In this document: piece after piece, positions 58,337 to 64,000 of the stretch
Numbering within the stretch: position 1 is the first letter of the stretch
Layout of the letters: the number at the start of each line of letters is the position of its first letter
DNA from: Acidobacteriota bacterium
GTDB taxonomy: Bacteria > Acidobacteriota > UBA6911 > RPQK01 > CBDAPI01
Reading direction: 5' to 3'
Assembly (NCBI GenBank): GCA_965249245.1
Contig: CBDFLV010000003.1
Span: 87,517 to 151,516, forward strand
Length of the DNA: 64,000 nucleotides
Position numbers and translations under genes: made by a program
The notes under the pieces: model-generated
The model's database searches: none
Seen by the model: only the letters and a program-made list of their open reading frames with translations
Told to the model about the DNA's origin: nothing

Positions 58337-58840
58337 ATGGAAAGCTCAGTCCTAATCGAACTCGTTCATAATAACTTTGGTCTTGGTGCGCCGACGTCGA
58401 GCGATCATCTCGTGAAATTTGATGGATTTGACGAGTTGGACAAGAAGCATGCACTCGAGATTTTTCTGGGAAGGACCAGCGACGATATCGCGAGAGCGTT
58501 GGCAGACGATCTTTTGGGAACTCAATCTGATGTCGAGGACCTCTTCGTGATGGAACCCGCGGGGTATCAGTACTACCTGGCTCCCTATTTGATGCGAATT
58601 ATCCAGAATGAAAAGGACGAATCAGAAGATCTTCAGCTGGCGGGATTCGTGATATTCAACATCCGCGAAATCGTTCGAGTACGAGGCGTCGAAGCCTTCT
58701 CGAAGAGTCAGCGTGCCGCTTTGTCTGAAATCGGCAAGTATCTTACTGAACAATGTAAACAAAAGAATCGCGAGGACATCTGGGCTGAGCCACTTCTCAA
58801 CGACCTGGAATTCCTGGTTGCAAGATTCCTTGACGACTAG
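58337..58840 (+). CDS. hypothetical acidic protein in a lower-GC segment
   Basis: ~167 aa with no motifs. The local GC content is visibly lower than its surroundings. Confidence 0.35.
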   Translation: MESSVLIELVHNNFGLGAPTSSDHLVKFDGFDELDKKHALEIFLGRTSDDIARALADDLLGTQSDVEDLFVMEPAGYQYYLAPYLMRIIQNEKDESEDLQLAGFVIFNIREIVRVRGVEAFSKSQRAALSEIGKYLTEQCKQKNREDIWAEPLLNDLEFLVARFLDD

Positions 58841-58962
58841 GTACTAGTCCCAAAATAAGTACATGGGGTGTATACCACTCTTGTCCAAATTAGCCATAAG
58901 AGAGGTCGGGTCGACCTCGTAAGATTCGGTTGATCGAATAACCGGACAAGGAGGACCCGACC

Positions 58963-59736
58963 ATGAATCGATTTTGCAGCATTTTCAGTCAACTTCTCCA
59001 GCTTTTTCCTCGCTGGGAGTTTCAACAACTGGTCCTGGAGACCAAAGCCGAGCGCCATGCACGCGGTTTCAGCAGCTGGGGACAGTTTGTCGCCATGCTG
59101 TTTTGCCAGCTGGGCCGTGCTCATAGCCTGCGGGAGATCTGCGGAGGCCTGGCCAGCTGTGAAGGAAAACTGCATCATCTTGGAATCGCTTCTCCCAAGC
59201 GCTCCACCCTCAGCTATGCCAATAAGCATCGACCCTGGCAACTGTACGAAAAGGTTTTTTACCGCCTGCTGGATCGTTGTCTGAGAGAGACCGAAGGGCG
59301 TCGCAAGAGAAGATTTCGTTTCAAGAATCCGCTGCTGAGTCTGGATGCGACCGTCATCGATCTGTGCGCACAATTGTTTGACTGGGCTCATTTTTGCCGA
59401 ACCAAGGGGGCCGTCAAACTGCATCTACTCTTGGACCACAACGGTTACCTTCCCGTCTTTGCCCACATCACCGAGGCAGCCACGGCCGACATCACCGTGG
59501 CTCGCCGTCTGAAGTTTGCCGCCGGCACCGTTGTCGTCTTTGATCGCGGCTACAACGACTACAACTGGTATGCGGACTTGACCCGTCAGGGCGTCTTCTT
59601 TGTGACCCGTCTCAAAGACCGTGCCGATTACGAGGTCCTCGAAGACCGCCCGCTTCCCAAAAACCGTCGAGTCGTCCGTGACCAGGTGATTTTCTTTCAC
59701 GGACTGGCCGCCCAGGACAAAACCTGTTTCTTGCGC
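58963..59736 (+). pseudogene. IS4-family transposase, 5' part, interrupted by IS21
   Basis: Identical to copies 1 and 2 up to ...DKTCFLR, then diverges at the IS21 junction. Confidence 0.8.
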
Positions 59737-59919
59737 TGTCGGTCACCATGGTATATCCCCCACCTAGGCGGCTGATTTACCAAGGTAATTCCCCCACCCT
59801 TTCACCAGGGTAATTCCCCCAGGGTTTCACCAAGGTAATTCCCCCACCTGATCATTTCGTGACAGAGGCCAGGGTCATCTTTCTGCGGAACCCCAACAAG
59901 GATTTCCGCAGGAGGAAGA

Positions 59920-61479
59920 ATGGCCAGAAGGAATATGAGGAGGGAAGAGTACCTGGAGTTGGTTTACCAATGGCACCGAGGACGGAGTATCCGCCAGATC
60001 CGAGACTCGTTGCAGATCTCGCGCAAGACGATTCGCAAGTACCTGCTGCTTTTCATGGCCAGCGGCTTGAGCCGAGAGAAGCCCCTGCCGCCACAGGCGG
60101 AGCTGGCCCGGATAGTGGCCTCGGTGGTGCAGGTGGCGGTTTTCGAACAACCGGCCCGGGAGCGGATCCGCCTCTACCACCGGCAGATCCAGGATTGGCT
60201 TGGGCAGCCTCATATGACCATTCAGCAGGTACAGCGGCTGCTCGAGGAGGAGCACGAGTTGAAGGTCAGCTATATGAGCGTGTACCGCTATGTGCGCGAG
60301 CACATTGAGCCGCTGCGCAAGCCGGTGACGGTGCGGCTGCATGCAGTCGCTGGGGAACAGGCCCAAGTCGATTTCGGCTATGCCGGACTGATGCGAGATC
60401 CGGAAACGGGCAAACAACGCAAGGCCTGGGCCTTTATCATGATCCTAAGCTACAGCCGCCACCGCTTCGTACGCTTCGTGTTTCGCCAGGACAGCCCCAC
60501 CTGGTTGGACTGCCACATCCGCGCCTTTACGTTTTTCCAGGCCTGTCCCCGGCTGATCGTGTTGGACAATTTGAAAGACGGTGTGCTTAAGCCCGATCTG
60601 TACGATCCGACGCTCAACCCGGCCTACGCCGAACTGGAAAGACACTACGGATTCGTGGCCGACCCAGCCAAGGTGCAAATGGCCCGCCACAAAGGACGCG
60701 TGGAGAGATGTGTTCCGGTAGTGCGTCAGCAGATTCTGGCGGGGCGGCATTTTCGAGATATCGAGGAGGCCAATGGGAGGGCTCTGGAGTGGTGCCTCAA
60801 GGAGGTCGGCCTGCGCAAGCATGGCACCACCCATCGCAAACCTTACGAGGTGTTTGTCGGAGAAGAAGTCGAGCTGCTGCTGCCTCTGCCGGATCAACCT
60901 TACGAAGCGGCGCAGTGGAAACAGTGCACCGTGCATTGGGACTGCCATCTGATCCTGGACAAGTGCTACTACTCGGTCCCCTATCCCTACCGGGGGGAGA
61001 GGCTGTGGGTGCGAGCCGATCTGAAGCTGGTGCGAGTGTATCGCAACCATCAGTTGATCAAGACCCACCTGCGGGTCTTCGAGCCGGGCTCCTGTCAGAC
61101 CCAGACGGGGGACTATCCTCCCGACAAGCGGGCCTACCTGGAGCGGACTCCCGAGTGGTGCCGGCGTCAGGCCGACGAGCTGGGGCCCGAGGTGAGTCGC
61201 TACGTGCGGCGCGTACTGGGGGATCACGCCATGCGCAACCTGAGAAAAGCCCAGGCCGTGCTGCGGCTGGCCGAGTCCCACCCAGCGGCCACTCTGGATC
61301 AGGCCTGCCGGCGGGCCTTGCGCTTTGACAATGTCCGCTTTTCCTCTCTGAAGAAGATTCTGGAAAAAGGCTTGTTCCGACGCCCTTCGCCTCCTCGCAG
61401 ACCCTCCAGTCCGGCGGCTTCAGCTTGTCGATTTGCCCGTCCCCAGGATTACTTCGTGCACCGACGGGAGGTCTCATGA
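59920..61479 (+). CDS. istA: IS21-family transposase IstA
   Basis: 519 aa with an N-terminal HTH and a DDE core typical of IstA. Confidence 0.85.
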   Translation: MARRNMRREEYLELVYQWHRGRSIRQIRDSLQISRKTIRKYLLLFMASGLSREKPLPPQAELARIVASVVQVAVFEQPARERIRLYHRQIQDWLGQPHMTIQQVQRLLEEEHELKVSYMSVYRYVREHIEPLRKPVTVRLHAVAGEQAQVDFGYAGLMRDPETGKQRKAWAFIMILSYSRHRFVRFVFRQDSPTWLDCHIRAFTFFQACPRLIVLDNLKDGVLKPDLYDPTLNPAYAELERHYGFVADPAKVQMARHKGRVERCVPVVRQQILAGRHFRDIEEANGRALEWCLKEVGLRKHGTTHRKPYEVFVGEEVELLLPLPDQPYEAAQWKQCTVHWDCHLILDKCYYSVPYPYRGERLWVRADLKLVRVYRNHQLIKTHLRVFEPGSCQTQTGDYPPDKRAYLERTPEWCRRQADELGPEVSRYVRRVLGDHAMRNLRKAQAVLRLAESHPAATLDQACRRALRFDNVRFSSLKKILEKGLFRRPSPPRRPSSPAASACRFARPQDYFVHRREVS

Positions 61480-62243
61480 GTCACTATCAACATCTGCTCG
61501 ACCAGCTCAAGCAACTGCGATTAGGAGGATTGTTGGACAGTCTGGAAGTGCGGCTCAAGGAGGCCGAAAAACGACAACTGGCCTACGTCGACTTTCTGAC
61601 TCTGCTGGTCCAGGATGAGCTGGAGCGTCGCTCCCAGACCAAGTTTGTTCGCCGGCTCAAGAAAGCCTGCTTTGCCGAGATCAAGACCCTCGAGGAGTTC
61701 GATTTTGGCTTTAACCCGAACATCAAGCGGCGCCGCATCTATGACCTGGCCACCTGCCGCTTTCTGGAAAACAAAGAAAATATCTGCCTGTGCGGGCCGG
61801 TGGGTGTGGGCAAGAGTCACATCGCCCTGGCTCTGGGACACGAGGCCGTACGCCGCGGTCATGACGTGCGCTACATCCAGGCTCCGCGCCTGTTCCGTAC
61901 TCTGGAAGCGGCCCGGGCCGATCTCTCCCGCGATCGCCTCATCCAAAACTACTGCAGCTATGATTTCTTGATCGTTGACGACTTTGGGCTCAAGCCCCTG
62001 ACGGACGAGCAGGCCGACGATCTGTACGACATCGTTTACGAGCGCTATCAGAAAGGCTCGCTGATGCTGACCAGTAATCGCAGCCTGGAGGAGTGGATGG
62101 CGCTGTTTGGCGACCCCATCCAGGCCAACTCGCTGCTGGACCGACTCTGCCACAACGCTCACCAGCTGGAGTGGGAGGGCGACTCTTACCGGAGGCGAAA
62201 ACGACCCGCCAAAGGATCCCCCTCAAAGGAGGTTTCGCCATGA
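61476..62243 (+). CDS. istB: IS21-family helper ATPase IstB
   Basis: Walker A GPVGVGKSH and Walker B LIVDDFG (DnaC-like AAA+). ATGA overlap with istA. Confidence 0.85.
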   Translation: MSHYQHLLDQLKQLRLGGLLDSLEVRLKEAEKRQLAYVDFLTLLVQDELERRSQTKFVRRLKKACFAEIKTLEEFDFGFNPNIKRRRIYDLATCRFLENKENICLCGPVGVGKSHIALALGHEAVRRGHDVRYIQAPRLFRTLEAARADLSRDRLIQNYCSYDFLIVDDFGLKPLTDEQADDLYDIVYERYQKGSLMLTSNRSLEEWMALFGDPIQANSLLDRLCHNAHQLEWEGDSYRRRKRPAKGSPSKEVSP

Positions 62244-63031
62244 GCCGTTTGAAGATCAAAAGTGACAACGGCTGGTTTGCCGCCACCGCCGGCTGGCAGG
62301 CCGCTGTGGAGAAACTCTCCGACGGGGCCTTCAAGCTGTTCGTTCACATCTCGCTGGGCGCTGACAGAAGTACCGGGCGCTTCCTCTTCCGCCAGCAGGA
62401 CGTGGCCAGGGCGCTGCGCAAATCGCGCCGCTCGATTGGAACCTATCTCCAGGAGCTCGAGGAGAGGCAGGTCTGCCGGGTCCGGCGTAGCCCCAACCAG
62501 CATGCTCCCGGGGTCCTTGAGATCGCCGACCAGTACTGGCCCTACCAGCGCAGCCTCTCGGCTGACTCACTCAGCTCCACTCGATCGGCTCAAACCCTCT
62601 ATGTGGAGACCATCGGAGAGATGTTGCTGGAACGTCCCTGCATCCGCTGCCGCTACTCGACCTCGGATCGCCGGCTAGCTGCCCAGTGGTTCCAGCAAGG
62701 GATCGAGCTCGAGGACGTCCGCCAGTCTATTTTCCTGGGCTGCGGACGCAAGTACGTCTCCTGGCTCAACGGACTACCGGGCCAGCCAATCGGTGCCCTG
62801 CATTACTTCAGTTCCGTCTTACAGGAGGTCACGAGCAGCCAGCTTTCCGCCCGCTATCGGGCTTTCAATCGAATGCAAATGCTGCGACTGGAAAAACGCT
62901 GGCTCGAAACAGACCACGACTGCGACCAGAAAGGAGGAACCTGCTTGGGAAAAGTTTTCCCAAGCACAACCGCCGAAAATCAAGAGAAACGAGATGATGA
63001 TGATCCCCAAATGGGGGAATTACCCTGGTGA
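62240..63031 (+). CDS. third ORF inside the IS21 element (passenger protein, putative DNA-binding), translationally coupled to istB
   Basis: ATGA overlap with the istB stop and an AAGGAGG RBS 8 nt upstream. 263 aa with an HTH-like stretch (RSIGTYLQELEERQV); no family recognised. Confidence 0.55.
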   Translation: MSRLKIKSDNGWFAATAGWQAAVEKLSDGAFKLFVHISLGADRSTGRFLFRQQDVARALRKSRRSIGTYLQELEERQVCRVRRSPNQHAPGVLEIADQYWPYQRSLSADSLSSTRSAQTLYVETIGEMLLERPCIRCRYSTSDRRLAAQWFQQGIELEDVRQSIFLGCGRKYVSWLNGLPGQPIGALHYFSSVLQEVTSSQLSARYRAFNRMQMLRLEKRWLETDHDCDQKGGTCLGKVFPSTTAENQEKRDDDDPQMGELPW

Positions 63032-63064
63032 CGGAGGTGGGGGAATTACCCTGGTGATTGACAC

Positions 63065-63460
63065 TTGCGCCTGGTCGAAATCCAAGATCCGCTCTCTGGC
63101 CGCCTCGTTTTTTTGACGAATCACCTGGATTTCGGAGCCACCACCATTGCCGCAATCTACAAGGAGCGCTGGCAAATCGAGCTCTTTTTCAAGGCCCTCA
63201 AGCAGAATCTACGGGTCAAGACCTTCGTCGGCACCTCGGCCAACGCCCTCAAGACCCAAATTTGGACAGCATTGATCGCTCTGCTGATTCTGAAGTTTCT
63301 GCAGCTCAAAGCAACCTTTGACTGGTCACTGTCCAATCTGGCCGCACTGCTGAGGATGAACCTGTTCGTTCATAGAGACTTGTGGAGGTGGTTGAACCAA
63401 CCATTCAAGTTTCCACCCCTACTACCGGAGAGCTCTCAAGCCTCCTTCACCCTCTCGTAA
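63065..63460 (+). pseudogene. IS4-family transposase, 3' part (C-terminal 131 aa), downstream of the IS21 insertion
   Basis: LVEIQDPLSGRLVFLTNHLDF...YKERWQIELFFKALKQ, identical to copies 1 and 2. Confidence 0.8.
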
Positions 63461-63672
63461 TCTGGACAGCACCATCGGAGACCTGGACATGAAACCCTGA
63501 AAATCCCGTCCAAGACGCCAATAAAATCAAGGGGTCGATCATCGAATCTCAGCTAATTTGGACAGCAGTGGGTGTATACCCAGAGGTGGAAAAAAGCCTG
63601 AAACGCCAGTCCTGACGGGTATTCTGAGGTTCAGAAAAAGACCCAGAACAATCCCAAGAGGAGGCGTTTCAG

Positions 63673-64000
63673 GTGAATAGAAAGCATATCGAGATTATCA
63701 ACAAACGCCAAGAGGAAATAGAGCGAAGGCTGGATCGAAGTTGGCGGCCTAAGAGTGGGGGACGGGTGCTGAGAGGAGGCAATATTGTCTACGACGTCTC
63801 GAGCCGTATGGGAGGGGTGAGTAGTGGAGGTCTGGGGCTGATTGTTCAGTTGGTCAAGCGCTTGAGGGTGGCGGAGAGGATCGACGAACGTGTGCGAGTG
63901 TTGAAGCGGCACCTTCCCTACCGGGAGTCGGACCACGTCTTGAATCTGATCTACAACGTGATGAGTGGGGGAGTGTGCCTGCAGGATGTAAAGTCACGGC
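63673..64000 (+). CDS. putative DDE transposase, N-terminal fragment running off the window (IS1380/IS4-like?)
   Basis: GTG start 7 nt after an AAGAGGAGG RBS. GGLGLIVQLVKRL...YRESDHVLNLIYNVMSGG resembles N-terminal regions of IS1380/IS4-type transposases. Confidence 0.4.
   Translation, partial: MNRKHIEIINKRQEEIERRLDRSWRPKSGGRVLRGGNIVYDVSSRMGGVSSGGLGLIVQLVKRLRVAERIDERVRVLKRHLPYRESDHVLNLIYNVMSGGVCLQDVKSR

Larger units (their letters stand above)
59737..63063 (+). mobile_element. IS21-family element (3327 bp), termini TGTCGGTCACC / GGTGATTGACA, 7-bp target duplication CTTGCGC, multiple terminal repeats (GGTAATTCCCCC x3 left, GGGGGAATTACC x2 right), three ORFs
   Basis: Junctions read against intact IS4 copies; target duplication at 59730-59736 and 63064-63070. 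Confidence 0.85.
58876..63570 (+). mobile_element. IS4-family insertion sequence copy 3, 9-bp target duplication GGTGTATAC, internally disrupted by an IS21-family element
   Basis: Target duplication at 58867-58875 and 63571-63579. The transposase is split into 58963-59736 and 63065-63460. Confidence 0.85.

Noticed and set aside
1-64000. tRNA, rRNA, tmRNA or RNase P genes
   Set aside because: No T-loop/acceptor-like segments (GGTTCGAATCC-type) or rRNA-like conserved blocks were seen in the intergenic gaps. This cannot be excluded without a covariance search.

Overview
High-GC (~60%) bacterial chromosomal segment, ordinary Gram-negative housekeeping content; Acidobacteria-like, but phylum not provable from sequence alone. 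Left two thirds carry conserved housekeeping genes: adk-ppk1-glpD, a 5'-3' exonuclease, an acyl-CoA ligase, a paired HTH-WYL regulator operon, ferredoxin, a sigma54 two-component pair, priA, family-4 UDG, era, coaBC-rpoZ-gmk-yicC, an MsbA-like ABC exporter, pdxH, trmI, a large TolB/M28-peptidase/PDZ fusion, a GT1 glycosyltransferase, an SDR reductase and transketolase. The window is heavily invaded by mobile and repetitive DNA. (a) A nested IS cluster at 37.1-42.9 kb holds an IS256-like element whose transposase has an in-frame TAA, an IS4-family copy inside its left IR, a second inverted IS4 copy abutting its right end, and an IS3-family element. (b) An IS630-family element appears to split a PQQ beta-propeller gene. 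(c) A third IS4 copy at 58.9-63.6 kb is itself interrupted by an IS21-family element that carries a third ORF translationally coupled to istB, which reads as a cargo gene. (d) Further repeats include a TA-flanked 177-bp MITE family (2 full, 2 partial copies) with an adjacent second MITE, a 57-bp x ~9 tandem array abutting the transketolase stop with a related locus 30 kb away, and dispersed TTCAACYTT and GTTACCAG microrepeats in intergenic regions. Gene remnants include a ComEC-type MBL fragment, a sulfotransferase fragment, and a truncated DNA-methyltransferase-like ORF followed by a lower-GC segment. No CRISPR array, rRNA or tRNA was recognised. No classical defence or toxin system is evident. 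The most unusual items are the repeat families and the IS21 passenger ORF.
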